NCBI GenBank assembly: GCA_000708835.1
Contig: DF237471.1
Coordinates: 1 to 48,222, forward strand
Length of the DNA stretch: 48,222 nucleotides
Reading direction: 5' to 3'
From: Klebsormidium nitens
Taxonomy: Eukaryota; Plantae; Klebsormidiophyceae
This document shows, piece after piece, positions 22,871-35,300 of the stretch (the stretch's first letter is position 1; the number at the start of each line of letters is the position of its first letter). Under the pieces are notes generated by a model. That model was not told the DNA's origin. It saw nothing but the letters and a program-made list of their open reading frames with translations, and did not search any database. The position numbers and the translations under genes are program-made.

Positions 22871-23630
22871 TTATTGAGTTCTCACCTCTCAGTAGGTCCA
22901 CGAAAGGCCAGCAGACGTCTACTGCACCTTGCTTGAAAGGTTCATCTAGTACCTGGAAAAGATGACCTGTTGCCTGGCGCTAACGAACGCGTGTCAGACG
23001 AAGGGGAACGTGACCCGAGTCATTCTTTAAACCAAAGAGTCGCTCCGGACACTACCTTAAATTATCCTCTAGAATTGTTGATATCGTCATACTGGCCTCA
23101 TTTGTCTACATCCGCCTTGGCAGTAACGCGTTGTCTATTGGGCCCAATCGGAGGCCCAGATATGGCCAATTCACGGCACGCACTGAGCCATCTCGAGCCC
23201 CGTTTGGGGCTCGGATCGGCCGGCGCCATCGCACCTTGACTCCAGTAACGTCACCCGTATATTGGCGTGCTTTTGACTTGTGTTTTTCTAGTGCTTCGTG
23301 CCGAAGGATGTGGCCGCAGTGCCTCTTCAACTTAGTAAAAGCTTAGACGATTCCCATGATTGATTACTGCAGTTTCGGACGATTAAGAAGACAGTGGCAA
23401 ACGTTTTGGCTTTCGTGCTTCTGCGAAGTCCACTTCCCTTCGAAATGCGGTTGATTTGCAATTCTAGCGTCTTCTTATCTGCCCACACGCAGGTCTGATC
23501 TGCTAATTTATGTCGTTCAACTCAAACTATTATCATCGGACCGAGGTTTCCTTGTCTGCTTGATTCACTGATGCGACATGGGCCCCACGCTAGTTACAGA
23601 CCGTAAATTGAGCACAGGCTCAGTGTAGAA

Positions 23631-23701
23631 GCGGCTATGCGGATCCAGGCTTTGGTGCGCTTGCCAGAAGTTCCCCGTAGCAATATTTCGTTCCGAGCCG
23701 T
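23631..23701 (+). ncRNA. Module, TAT-GCGG class
   Basis: GCGGC-TAT-GCGG ... CCGA-GCCGT. Confidence 0.5.
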
Positions 23702-24052
23702 AAGCTCGTGGCCGTCCAAGAATTGCGACGTTTTGAATCTTCAAGGTCAGGCTTCAGGATTGCGTATGTCTTCAATATCAGGCTTAAAATGGGCTCAGCG
23801 GAGGCGACGTAGAAACCGCCTCTGCCCACAATTTTGAAATGCAGCCGGTAGATGTTTGGAACGGTATATGCGCCTGATTAACCACCAAGACAGCCTCTTC
23901 GTGTCTCTGTTACTTAGTCTGACGTGCTCTCTGGACGCCGCGGCGGCTGCCTTATGCTCCAGCGTATTGCTAGTTTCATGCATTGTCCCTACTGTGTTAT
24001 CATTATGGTGGATAATTAGAAAGAGAGACTGTTGAGTTTCACTTTCGGTGCA

Positions 24053-24127
24053 AGGCAACGACCGCTTATTCCTGTAGACAGTGAGCGCTGCGAGCGTCCA
24101 ACATCTTCCCAACGGGATTGGGAGCCG
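24053..24127 (+). ncRNA. K-turn module
   Basis: GGC-AAC-GACC ... GGGA-GCC; 3b/4b CC pair with GG. Confidence 0.45.
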
Positions 24128-24322
24128 CCGGCCTTTCCTCGCGTCTTTTTGATCTACATGATGTCATGCAAGCGTTCAAAATTTTGATGAGCACTTGAAA
24201 CTTTGCTTAGACAGTGCGGTTGCGACTGCTAGCTTCGTTGGCGGCCCTAGCTGCTTACAAGCAACTAAATAGACCCGGCCGGGGTTCTTCTCAGATAATT
24301 ATGTGCGTTTCTTGAAAACCGG

Positions 24323-24405
24323 CTTGGCGAGGAGGAACAAACTTCTAGTTTGGCTGAGTAGTACAAGACACGATGGTTCTCAGGATCCGACATATCAAGG
24401 CCAAG
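24323..24405 (+). ncRNA. Module with degenerate D side
   Basis: CTTGGC-GAG-GAGG ... GCCAAG; internal CAAAC/GTTTG, CTGAG/CTCAG. Confidence 0.35.
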
Positions 24406-24763
24406 TCAATCTGGCTGCTTGATTTTCCGATTGAAGCACGATCGAGAGAATGGAGAAAAGACAATCGCACCTGCTACTTGGCTTTGAAAACGATTCGTGC
24501 CACGAAACCTAAACCTCCCTCCGCAGCGTCCGGTTTTTGTAATTGCTTGGGTCCAGTTTTTCAATTTTCTCTATATGGTCAGCAAATAGTCAAGGAAACG
24601 CATATTTCTACTGCTTGATGCTGAACAGAGATTTGGACGACTTGTGTATTCCAGGGGGACTTGACCTCCGAGGACCGATGGAAGAAAATCCTTGAGCCTT
24701 GCTGCAGTTTTCCGTCAGCTGATGCCCTCGAATCCGGCCTCTTTACCTGAAGCGCTCGAAAAG

Positions 24764-24829
24764 GTGGCAAGGACGTCTGTTCTATTGGCCTGTAGGGGCC
24801 AATGGGGTATCTGGTCAGCTCTGAGCCAG
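24764..24829 (+). ncRNA. K-turn module
   Basis: TGGC-AAG-GACG ... CTGA-GCCA; internal ATTGGCC/GGCCAAT. Confidence 0.7.
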
Positions 24830-25377
24830 CTGTTTCAGTACAAAAGTTAAACTAACTTGAATCCCGTTCGACATAGGCAATAATAACGTCCGCTGAAGGG
24901 CGCTGCGTAGGCGCTGCTTGCAATCCAGATAGTTCGAAGTATTCTTTCAAACGGCCTAGAACCGGGCGTTGAAATGCGGTATGAACTTTTGTAACTGGCC
25001 AAAAACAACCCATACAGAAGGCACCAGCTACAGAGCCCAAGCCAACCTGGCTGGTTTTCCCGCATGATGAAGTTCAAACAAATTTTTGTACCCTGCTATT
25101 TTACTTACCCATGCTGATAGAGTGCGATGAGGCTGCCTCTACTTTTGCAGGGTGCAGAATACTCGTCTGCTTCTCTTTTGACCTCCGGACTCTGCACTCC
25201 ACTTAATTGTCAACACGTTTCGCAAATCTGCAATCACAAATTGTTCCTTTGCGGTTCGACACGAGGCTTCGCCGTCGTGTGCTCAACCGTGGCTTGGGTC
25301 CGACTCTAGCTGAAGATTTCTGCCCGAAGTTGCTGCATCATTTTTTCACCTTTCCCCTCCGGTAAGCCGCTTTAAAT

Positions 25378-25447
25378 CTGGCAAGGACGTCGGTTAGCTT
25401 GGCCCTAGAACTCCAGAAGCCAAAATTGGGTCGTGGTCGTGAGCCAG
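25378..25447 (+). ncRNA. K-turn module
   Basis: CTGGC-AAG-GACG ... GTGA-GCCAG; paralog at 30433. Confidence 0.65.
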
Positions 25448-26025
25448 CCTCTTGATGCAAAGTTGAAGTCCTGAACTATCATTGGAAGCGCATATGATTG
25501 CGGCGGGCCGGGTATGGTTCGATCAACTTGAAAGAAGGGTAATACACTTGAGGTACTTATCGTACAACATTACGAGCCACAATAGCTTTGCAATTATGCA
25601 TCGCTCTGAGAAGTTGGCGGGGAGTAAGGGTATTTTTATTTTTTACCATATATAGCTTGTTGCACCAAGGATCCGTTTGTCCTTCCCCGACCCGCGCGCT
25701 TTCTTCCTGCTGTACGTCGTATCCTTCCCCATACGCACATCAGGAATTCCAAGGTGTGCGCACTCTTTTCGCGCTAGCTTCAGTTGCTTTCCACCATATT
25801 TCTTTGACATTTCGAGGAAATGATTCAGCTGCCTGCCGCTGTGCCCACGATCGATCACAAACTCTTCCGCGCCCTTCATGTTCCACGCTATTTCCTCTTT
25901 GGCTTTTAGCAGCGCTTACGCGCCATCATCCCTACGGCATTCATCTACAGGGTGCTCGATCAGTCTGCTTTTTTAGCAAAGCTATTGCGTTTCCAGCTTG
26001 TGCAGGTCTGATGGTCATCTGGAGA

Positions 26026-26091
26026 CCGGCAAGGAGAAGTTGTCTCGTGGTTCTGCAGCCGTGCCAGTAGTACACCTGTCTAGTTGAGCCG
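26026..26091 (+). ncRNA. K-turn module
   Basis: CGGC-AAG-GAGA ... TTGA-GCCG; paralog at 31029. Confidence 0.65.
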
Positions 26092-26769
26092 ACTCAACAC
26101 TCCAGTGCTCACTCTGGTGGCCCAATCATACTCTTCATTAAGAAGTTGTCACAGCTTTCGGGAGCATCTTCTTCGACGACCGAACAAAACATGAGCAAAG
26201 CGTTATCTTGCAATCAATCTCCTTTGGCGGTTTGGTTGCCTTGAGGCATCTTTGATTGCGCGTTCCGATCAGCGACTTCCATCGCCCTGCTGGCCTGCTT
26301 TAAGTCTTTGGCTTTCTGACCTCGGTCAGGGATGACTAATTGGCTTACAACTAGAATGGTATCCTTTGTAGACGATGTTAACCCGGCCATTAACTTGAAG
26401 ATGCTTCATAAATACAAGAGGTGGAGGGGAGACCTGAGTGGTTCAATGTTCGTCTTGAAGCCAATCAGGTTTTGTACTCAGGCCGAGTAATTTCAGGAAA
26501 TGGGACTTCTACGTGCCAAAAAATTGACCCTCTTACGTTTCAAAATGCGCTTCAACACGCCGTAAGAGTTGTGCAAAAGAATTCACAATAGCATTTTTCT
26601 AAGTCTCATATTGTAGCTCGCGCCCACGTCTTGGAACATGTCGTTCTCAATGTTGCTAAGAAAAGTGACGGGCCTGGCCCGGTATCAACGACGGCTTCTC
26701 TCGGTGCTCAGCCCGAGATAAGAGTCTTTTTGCAATTGCTTGAAAGTCATTCATGAACCTGTTTCTTAA

Positions 26770-26840
26770 ACGGCTATGCGGAATTGAGTCTTGGTCCGCC
26801 CGCCAGCAGCTCGCAGAGGCCCCAAGTCCGATCTGAGCCC
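26770..26840 (+). ncRNA. Module, TAT-GCGG class
   Basis: GGC-TAT-GCGG ... CTGA-GCC; internal CTTGG/CCAAG; interior unrelated to 23631. Confidence 0.45.
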
Positions 26841-27199
26841 TTGGTAGCCTGGTTTCGGTACGTCTCATGGAATTGCGTAGCGTTAGGGACGTAAGTATTC
26901 TGGCCAACATGGAAGAACAGCTGCCAGCAGTTGATCAGGAAGACGCCCCTGATCAACCACCAGGACAGCGTCTTCGTTGCTCCAATATTTTGCGTTCCAA
27001 GACCCTACGGCCAGAGCTTGGTTCAGCATTACTGCTTATGTTTCCGGCGCGTCTGAAAGTGCAGGCGGCTGAGCTTTTCAAGATCGGTTTGCGACAATGA
27101 ATGCTTCTTCGTGTGGGCGATGCGGATGCCTCACCGTTGGAAAACTTTGGAGCCACCCGTTGACCCCTTTCAAGCGTTATCCCGTGCTTCCTTCCCCCG

Positions 27200-27640
27200 C
27201 CTTCTTTCTGGTCAGTCCGTCCCATTCTACTGTCCGTGTCTATCACCACGCATTCCTTCCGTTCGTTAAGAATCTCATGCATCAGACTTTTATTATTCCC
27301 GCTTCTGTCCTTCTGTGTATCAACATTGTCAACGTTCATCTTTTTCGTTCCGGTTTTCCTCTGCACGTCATATTACCGCCGCATCCGTCCGCTGTCCAAA
27401 ATCAACCGCATCCAACGGTAGACCGTTTCCGTTACGTTTCGCTCGGTCATTTATCTGTCCTCATCCGCCGCACCTGCACATCCATCTTGTCGGATGTCCT
27501 TTTGTGATCTGCTACGTATCTCCCCCGTAGGTCGGTCCGTCCGCTTTCTCTTCCCTCCGTAGATATCCACTTTCGTCAGCTCGTTTACCAGCCCATACCA
27601 GCCCGTTTGCTCTTCCGTCCGCATGTCGCGGTTCGACGCG
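27200..27640 (+). repeat. CCGT-rich pyrimidine tract
   Basis: Dense TCCGT words. Confidence 0.55.
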
Positions 27641-28023
27641 CCAAATTAGCGGAGTTCGATCATCCGTCTAGGCCTGTCCGTCCTGGCAATTGAACCGGTT
27701 CTTCTGACGGTTAGCGCGGCGACAATCTGATCTGTGTGCCGGTTTTCCTGGAACGGCGAGACCCGTCATGATGTTGCGCTTAACCCCGCACATTGACCCA
27801 GGCACAGTGAAATTTTGCTGCCAGTGTAATCTGCAGATTTTTGTCAGCAAGGAAGAAAGGGAGTGGGCGGCAGCTAGTGCTCAGCATTCTCACTTGTTCA
27901 TGTCATATTGGTGAGTCTTACGCTAGTACGTCCAGATGAGTTTCCCACCTAGTTGTCGCTGCTTCAAGGGCAGCCGGAAACCTGCTGCAAGTTACAGTGC
28001 CCAGCTTTTGCGGGCTCGTCCAC

Positions 28024-28081
28024 GTGGCAAAGAAGGCATCTTACGCTCACGCAGATGAGAGTGAAAAGCATTCCGAGCCAC
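28024..28081 (+). ncRNA. K-turn module
   Basis: GTGGC-AAA-GAAG ... CCGA-GCCAC; internal CATCT/AGATG. Confidence 0.65.
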
Positions 28082-28694
28082 TCTTTATAGCAGAATAGAA
28101 TGTCTCAGGTCGTAGCTCCGGACACCAACTTGAATCAAACGGCCTTTGAAATCCTGGAAAGCATAAGCAGGGCCTCATTTGTCTATAAGCACTTACTTCT
28201 GGCACCGAGGCCTGTCTAATGGGCCAATATTAATCGGAGGTCCAGAAATTGCAGCGCTCGCATGCGCAGTTATATTCTCCAAGCAATTTAGATCCCAAAC
28301 GTTTGCGGGCTCAGACTGGCTGCATCCCATCCTGACTCCAAATTGTCATCCGTATCGGCGTGTTGTAATCTTGTGTTCCTTTGCACCGTGCCGAGGAAGG
28401 ATGCTGGCCGCAATCCCTCTCTCGATTGTTTGCGCACGATTTCGGTGATACTGGAGAATGTCTGGCCGTCGCGCCCCTGCGAAGTTCATCACGATATATC
28501 AGTTTGAAATACCCTTGTATTGCGAGTTGCTACATCCATATTTGCCCACAAGCAGGTACTCCGCTCTGCTATTTCTGGAGTATTCAGGCTGTCATCGTAA
28601 TTAATATTAAGCACTTCCTGTCTGCGTCGTTTACTGAAGCGAGACTGGCCCCACGCTTACAAAACTGTGACTTGAGCACATGCTCAGACTTAAT

Positions 28695-28761
28695 GCGGCT
28701 ATGCGGATCCAGGCTTTGGTGCGCCTGCCAATAGCTTCTTTCTTGTCTCGTTCCGAGCCGG
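28695..28761 (+). ncRNA. Module, TAT-GCGG class
   Basis: CGGC-TAT-GCGG ... CCGA-GCCG. Confidence 0.5.
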
Positions 28762-29065
28762 AACTTTGTGGCCAGTACGTTTCATAAGAACGCTCAGCGC
28801 AAAGACGAGATATAGATTGCCTAACTGCCCACAGATTTGAAGGGCAGGCAGCATGTTCATGCTCTGCTAAGCGCCGAACAACTTTGGCCACCACAACATC
28901 ACCTTCGTACTTTGCTTTGTTGCAGACATGACCGGGGACACTCAAGTTTGGGCTTCCTTATGCCGCATCTCGTAATTTGCCTCGGTCATGCATCACTCGG
29001 GTCATTCCGCTCAATTTTCATGGCCGGGAATAAGAGATACGCAGGCTTTAGAGTTCTTTCAGGTC

Positions 29066-29140
29066 GTGGCAACGCAGACTGCTTCTCCTTGTGGGCCATC
29101 TAACTGTCTCACCTGTTTTTCTGCAGTATACTGAAGCCAC
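29066..29140 (+). ncRNA. Atypical module
   Basis: GTGGC-AAC-GCAG-ACTGC ... GCAGT-ATA-CTGA-A-GCCAC; paralogs at 24053 and 38036. Confidence 0.45.
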
Positions 29141-29799
29141 CTGTTTTTGCGTCCGTTGCTCTCTGACCCACTTGCCTCCATGCAGCAAGTATTCAATGAT
29201 CAGCAGGTGTACTTCGCTTTGACGACAACTGTACAATCAATTCCTAGCTTTGTTGGCGCTTCAATTGCTCAACAGCGAAGGAAACGGAACATCCGGCGAG
29301 GGCTTCGTTGTAGGCATTGTCAGGTTTGTCTTTTATAAGAACGTTCCTCGGCCCAATCCGGGCTCAACAAGGGAGAACTTTCGTGTTTGGCTAGAAGCAA
29401 GCCATGATGTTCCGTCTCTGGGTAACCGGGCCGGTATCCGGGCCCCAAGCCAACCTAGCTGCTTAAAATGGTACTTTCGTTTAGAAGCTTAACTAAATTT
29501 GTAGCCTGCTACTGTCCTTTGCCAATCATGCCACGAACGTCGCTAACCCAACTCTTTCCATAGCGAGCGTGCCGCCGCTTCCTTGTTGCTTGACGTTCTC
29601 AACGGCCGCTCTCCTGTAGCATAAGTCTCGTAGTCACCAAAACACCAAACCGGTTCTTGTCGATACTGGCACGAAAGACGGTCGCAATGTGTCCGAGGCA
29701 ACCGCTAGACTGAGGAGCGTAAGCTTGTGTTGTTGCGGCCACTACTTCTCACAGTTTCCAAAAGCCCTTCGAGTCCGGCCTCACAAATGTCTGAAAGAT

Positions 29800-29873
29800 G
29801 TGGCAAGGACGTCGGTAAAATTGGACCTGAAAGAAAACAAGGCAACAGGGGTATATAGGTAATCCGGAGCCAG
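29800..29873 (+). ncRNA. K-turn module
   Basis: TGGC-AAG-GACG ... CGGA-GCCA; paralog of 24764. Confidence 0.6.
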
Positions 29874-30432
29874 ACACTTCAGTGCAAATGACTGCATCAA
29901 AAGTCTCAAATGTAGGTGGCAAGGCATATGGCTACAATCTGCTGGTTACTCTATCCAAGCTTACAAGTATCTCTTAAACGGCCCAGAATCGGGCTTGTCA
30001 ATGACGAAGGAACTTTTGTAACTGGGTGAACAGAGCCACGTACGAAGGCACTTCACAGCCCGAGTCAACCTGGCTGATTCATGTATGATATCTGTCTCGC
30101 CTATTATATGATGTCTCGCTTCGAACAAATGTTTTATCCTGCTATTTGACTTACCCATGCTAATAAGGCTGCATTTATTCCCGCAAGCTAGGTGCAAATT
30201 ACTCGTCTGCTTCTCTTCCGTCCTCTGGAGTCTGCACTCTGGCTGAGCGCCGCAAAACGTCAACACGTCTCATAAATTCGATATCACAAAGCGTTCCTTT
30301 CTGTTGCACCACACGAGGCTTCGCCGCCGTGTGCCCAATGCATTAAGTTGCTGAAAGTCCGAAGCAAGAAATCTATTTTTCCATGTACTGCAGCCTTTTG
30401 CCCTCTGTCCCCGTCGACGAGCCGCCTGAAGT

Positions 30433-30502
30433 CTGGCAAGGACGTCGGTTGGCTTGGCCCTAGAAAGCCAGAAGCCAATGTTGGGTCGTGATCCTGAGCC
30501 AG
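30433..30502 (+). ncRNA. K-turn module
   Basis: CTGGC-AAG-GACG ... CTGA-GCCAG; internal TTGGCTT/AAGCCAA. Confidence 0.72.
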
Positions 30503-31028
30503 CCTCTTTGATGCAAACTTGAAAGCCTGAATGATCAACGGCGGCGCAATGTGTGCGGAGTGTTATGGTTCAATCAAATAAGAGTCTTGACGTTCACGCC
30601 CCCGAACCACATCACCTTCAAAATTTTCGCCCATAGAATTTGGCGGGGAAGGAGGGAATGTCTTCTGGTACACGACTCTCTGCACCAAGCATTCGTTGAC
30701 CTTTGAAGCCCGACCCCCTTTTATACTGATCTCCTCACCTTGAGCAGACTGCGCATCCAGGTTGCGCGCACCCGGTTCATGTCGACTGCCGTCCACCAGT
30801 TTTTTATATATACCGGCCATTTGAAGAGCTGTTTCGGTTGCCTGCCGCCATGCGGCCCACGATTCCAAACTCTTTCGCTTGCGTCCACACCACTTCCGCT
30901 TTGCCTTCAGCGGCGCTCCGCGTCATCACGATAACCCCTGTGCCCTTCATCGGGCCACACGGTGGTTCTGCTTTCTTGGCAAACTTTGCGTTTCTGACAA
31001 ATTGTGTGAATGATTTGTCACTTTGAGA

Positions 31029-31094
31029 CCGGCAAGGACGAGATGCGTCGTGGTCCCACGGCCGTGCCAGTAATAGGTTCGGCTCTCTGAGCCG
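31029..31094 (+). ncRNA. K-turn module
   Basis: CGGC-AAG-GACG ... CTGA-GCCG. Confidence 0.68.
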
Positions 31095-32030
31095 ACAAAT
31101 AGCCGGTGCTCGATTTGGTTGCCCACTACTAGTTGCCCTCAAAACGTGGAGACTTTTTCAATTGGACGATTGATTGAGCTGAACGGACCACCTTCATATT
31201 AGCATTACTGCAACCTGTCTCCTTAAGCGTTATGATCCGAATTGGCACAGATCTTCAAACGCGCAGTTCAGACCAACGAAGTCGAAACCCGGGCACTTCT
31301 TCCGCTCGTCCTTTCGTTCTCTTTCATTCCGGACAGTCCGTCATCGCGCGCGTCCAAACAAGCGCACGTCCATACGTCTCGCTTTAATTCCGCAGACCAG
31401 CTCTATGCTTCGACGGAGTCGACCGATGCAGTTCTTACAAATGCATGGCGAGGAAGATTGCACGTAGGGCGATTTGACGACTGCATGTGATGCCCAGGCT
31501 TCGCAGATCGCGGATTCATTCTTCAACGAACGAAGTTTCCCGGTTGCCATGATGTTTAAAGTGCGCAGCCTGCCAGTGACGCCCGCTTGATCAACCTATG
31601 CTGATGATGCAGGTCAGCCAAGCGCTTTTTAAAGTCGCTTATGTGATTGCGAGAGAGTGATTATTTAGACATCTGAACTTTCGAAAGCTGAGACTAAAAA
31701 AGACCGGGGCTCGACTAGTCCACAATGCAAACGCTAGCTTATAGGCCGGGCGGCCTGTGCCAATTGCGCCGCCGAGAACGTCATAATGGCCATATTGTTG
31801 AATTCAAGGCGAGTCTTAGCTATATTTACAAACGCGGCGCACGGCACAGTGTTGCGGGCAGCGCGCACACGGCCTGTACACGGGAGGGCGGCCGGTATGG
31901 GTAGTGACGTATAACAACATTGCTTATCCTGGAAGAGCTTTCCAACCTCGGGACCGACAATACTCCGCCGAGTGCGAGCGCAGAAACAAATTAGCCCTTA
32001 AATCAGGTTCACATCTCATTCGCACCTTGG

Positions 32031-32060
32031 CAATCTAGTCCAATCCTAGTCCAATCCTGG
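32031..32060. repeat. Tandem CAATC(C)TAGTC x3
   Basis: CAATCTAGTC CAATCCTAGTC CAATCCTGG. Confidence 0.8.
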
Positions 32061-32149
32061 TGATAACCCCGCGTCCGCGGAACATCCGCAGGACTCGCAA
32101 TAGCCTTATGAACAGGGGTCCCTTGAAAGCGCGGAACTGGTCCTCATGA

Positions 32150-32330
32150 GGTCCTGTCGGCCGGCAGCTGCTGTTCCTAAATCTGTACTGGATCGGCGCG
32201 GCCGCGCGTCCGGCCGGCCCCGTCCGCGCGGGCGTACGTTCGCACGTCGGTTCCGGCCCATCGACCGTCGCGGCCGGCCGGTCCGGTCAGACCGGCCACA
32301 ATAATTGTCACGCGGCCGCGGGGCGCCTGT
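32150..32330. promoter_or_regulatory. GC-rich promoter-like island
   Basis: CGGCCGGCCG at 32271, TCACGCGGC at 32308. Confidence 0.35.
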
Positions 32331-35300
32331 TCCAGGGTTTTCACATGACAAGTTAATTGACGTAACTTCTGTGACGTCAACTGGAGGGATCCCCGAGCCC
32401 GGGTCAGTCTGACTTGCTTTGCATGGATGAGTTTTAGGCAGATGCAGAAGTGTTTTGTGCATCCACCACAGCTCTTCAGGGCGATGAGATTAATGCCCAA
32501 AACAACTTTTCCACGTCTCGCAAATTTCGCGCGCTCTCCGCTACTATTTCCATGAGAGCAGAAACGCGGCATGTCAACCCTGGACACCAATATGTAATTT
32601 GCAGGCAAAGGGTAGGCAATCTAACTGAATCAAGAAGTTTAAAGTAGATTCATTGACACAGCTACACCTACAGGAGCAGGACATTACGCAGAGCAACAAG
32701 CTGAAGGCTCTGTAGATCCTAATGGTGCTTTGATTCTGCCCCTCCTTGAATGAAAGCCAGCAGAGGCACAGCGGTGGTGCACTTAGGGATCAACGGAGCT
32801 TACTCATTGTTGAGAATTTAAGTTGCATAGGTCAACACCATCTGTACCTAATTCTGTGAGTTGTGGGTATTCACCGGATGTCTCCCCCCCCCGGTTTGCG
32901 TGCACAGCACCCGCAAGGTATAGCAAAGTAAGTGGATCAACCTAGATCATTCTAAAATCTGGTTTAGTTGTTGCCAGACTGACTTTCTTGGATTTACCAG
33001 CCTAGCTGGAGGACGGGCCATCGCTCATTCAGGGTTCAGGTACTATTCCCAGGGTTCAGAAACCCAGGCCAACATGCATGTGCATGCTGGTCTATAGTTG
33101 CCTTACGCTGATGCGCCAATGTGAACGAGCGATGGTGCATTCAACTTTTGAGACTAGGGCGGACCGGAAGCAAGAAACCCTACTGCAGAAAGACAAGCTG
33201 GCGGTGAGGAACCACTGTTGATTTTCTCTCTTCTGACATTGCTATAGGACTGTTCCGGATCTGCTCTAGCTAGCTGGCATGCAGGCTCCGTCAGCTCAGC
33301 AGGAGAGACACATGATGCATGCTAGTCTCCAATATCTTTCTGCCATTCGAAGAAAAACAAGAAGAAGCTTTCCAAGCAGATTGAGCGGATGAATGCAGCC
33401 GTGACTTCGTGCATGTAGGCGCACATTTGTGCAGGCACTTCAGTCGGTCCTTCCGTGGATGTATTAAAAGGAATCTGGAAGCTCCATCTGGATTCTGAAC
33501 CTAGGCTCTCTTGACCTACCTTACATATATGACCTGTGACGATTGAGGCATATTTTCAGGGTGGAAGCTTATGTTCTGGTCATGAAGATCGACTCAAACA
33601 GCTTCCCTTCCCATGCTGCTGTATCATCGAGCCTTTTATATGTTCCAGTGCCAATTCCAAGTGGAGTTGTTGAGTGTCGCCGCCTTGCTGGAGGTGGGCG
33701 CGCTTGACTTGCAAACAGTATCTGCTGAGTAGCGCTGCACTTGAAGTGGACCACAAGAAGTCGCGCTATGTAAATGATTGGTGACGGCCTCCAGTGGTTT
33801 TGAATTGAGATTCCTGCACTCTCAGCACACCCATCACCTTTTTATGGACCAATCCATCGGGGACCGTCTCACTGGTCCAGTGCACAAAAGGCGATAGATT
33901 TGTGCTGCAGCTGCGTGGCCGGCTGCTTATGTACCCGGGTTGCGAGGACCCTTTTAAAGGCAGTGGGGATCAGGGGGGCAGCGGGGAAGCGGGTAAATTC
34001 AACGTATTCGTACTGATGCCAGCTTCGAGAAGCTGCCACGATGCAAAGGTTACGTGACACCAGTACAGCGGGCGAGGAGCTGATGCAGGATAATCGGGAT
34101 GACGCAGGGCAAGGCTGGGCGCACGCATGGGGGCAGCTCGGGGCCGTTGGGATTTATACTGACGTCATCTGTCGAGATGCAAAGTTAGCAGGAAGCGGAG
34201 GGGCCAGCGATGGAAGTTGGCGGATGCGGCATGGGCGGTTGGGCTAGGCTGGGAAGCCGGAGCGCTTGGAAGGTGTGCATGCGCATGCGTTGCGAGCCTG
34301 GGGGAGCGTCCGGGCAAGGGCGCGGTCACAGCTGTGGCGGCAGCTGGTGGTGTTGGTCATTGTGGGGGCGGCAATTAAGGTGATAAGGTCTGCTTTAGTG
34401 CTCCCACAATGCCAATTGCTTCCTGTTGAACCAGGGGCATGTAGCGAGATTGATGTGACATTGAAAAGGTTGAAGGTTGAAGATTTTGCAAAGGATCAGC
34501 TTGTTCGTATCGTTCGCCGACACCTCGGTCATACTTGAATTTCACTGTCGTTACTTTGCCTGGCCAGAACAGTTAAGACCAGGTTGATTGAAACGAGGTC
34601 AATGTTGTATCCACTTTTGCTGCTTTTCATTGATTTGAAAATTGGCAATGAGAGCATGCGACGCTGCGTTGGCAACAGTTGTCGGGGATCGCGGGTCCAT
34701 AGAGCCACAGAAGCAACTTTGAAGGCAGCGAATGATTTGAGGTTGTGTACTTCAATAAGGATTTGCTGGTCTCTCGAGATGCCAAATCGTCTATGATGAG
34801 GGGACCGAGCCTTTGCAAAAAATCATATTCCTGGCACCACAATCTGGTCGCCTTGGCTAGGACGCATCTACACATGATCCGGCAAAGCGCAAGCCTATTT
34901 TGAATTCTCAGAGTTACTTCTCCCTCAATGTGACTTCTCCCTCGGCTCAACAGGAAAATTCAAAGAGAATCTGGTTAAGATTGTGACTTGACCATCACTT
35001 TTCTTGCTGCTGATCGACCAGTGAATCAAGGCCGGAACCTTCAATGATGCTTCTCTTCCGAGCCCAGTTCTGCATAAAGCTGTGCCCTTCTTTCGTTTTC
35101 CTTTAGCACTACGCTTTAGTGATTGTTGACAGGGGGCGGATCTCGGATATCATCGAGGCCCTTTTTGAGGTGCTCGAGATCTGCTTAGTTGATCGACTCG
35201 CGTACAACTTCCAGTTTGGCTCAAGCAAGATCGGGTGTTGGAACATTGTTCGCCTATCTGCTGGAAATAATTGACATTCTGAGTGTGTCCTGCAATGCTG

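Larger units (their letters stand above)
22950..26150 (+). repeat. ~3 kb segmental duplicate of ~28050-31150 (23400-24150 has a third copy at ~37400-38150)
   Basis: Colinear modules plus shared spacer words, e.g. GCGGCTATGCGGATCCAGGCTTTGGTGCGC, TACTCGTCTGCTTCTCTT, ACACGAGGCTTCGCCG. Confidence 0.85.

Noticed and set aside
24804-24816. Arm of module 24764 complementary to the conserved 18S stretch GAUCAGAUACC (recalled from memory; 11 nt with one G-U)
   Set aside because: The D+5 position would fall at the duplex edge, and paralog 29800 does not keep the match; likely chance.
25103-30156. - strand GGGTAAGT splice donor present in both copies of the 3 kb duplication
   Set aside because: Explained by shared ancestry of the duplicate; no exon chain could be built.
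33028-33060. TTCAGGG telomere-like words
   Set aside because: Only two or three degenerate units.
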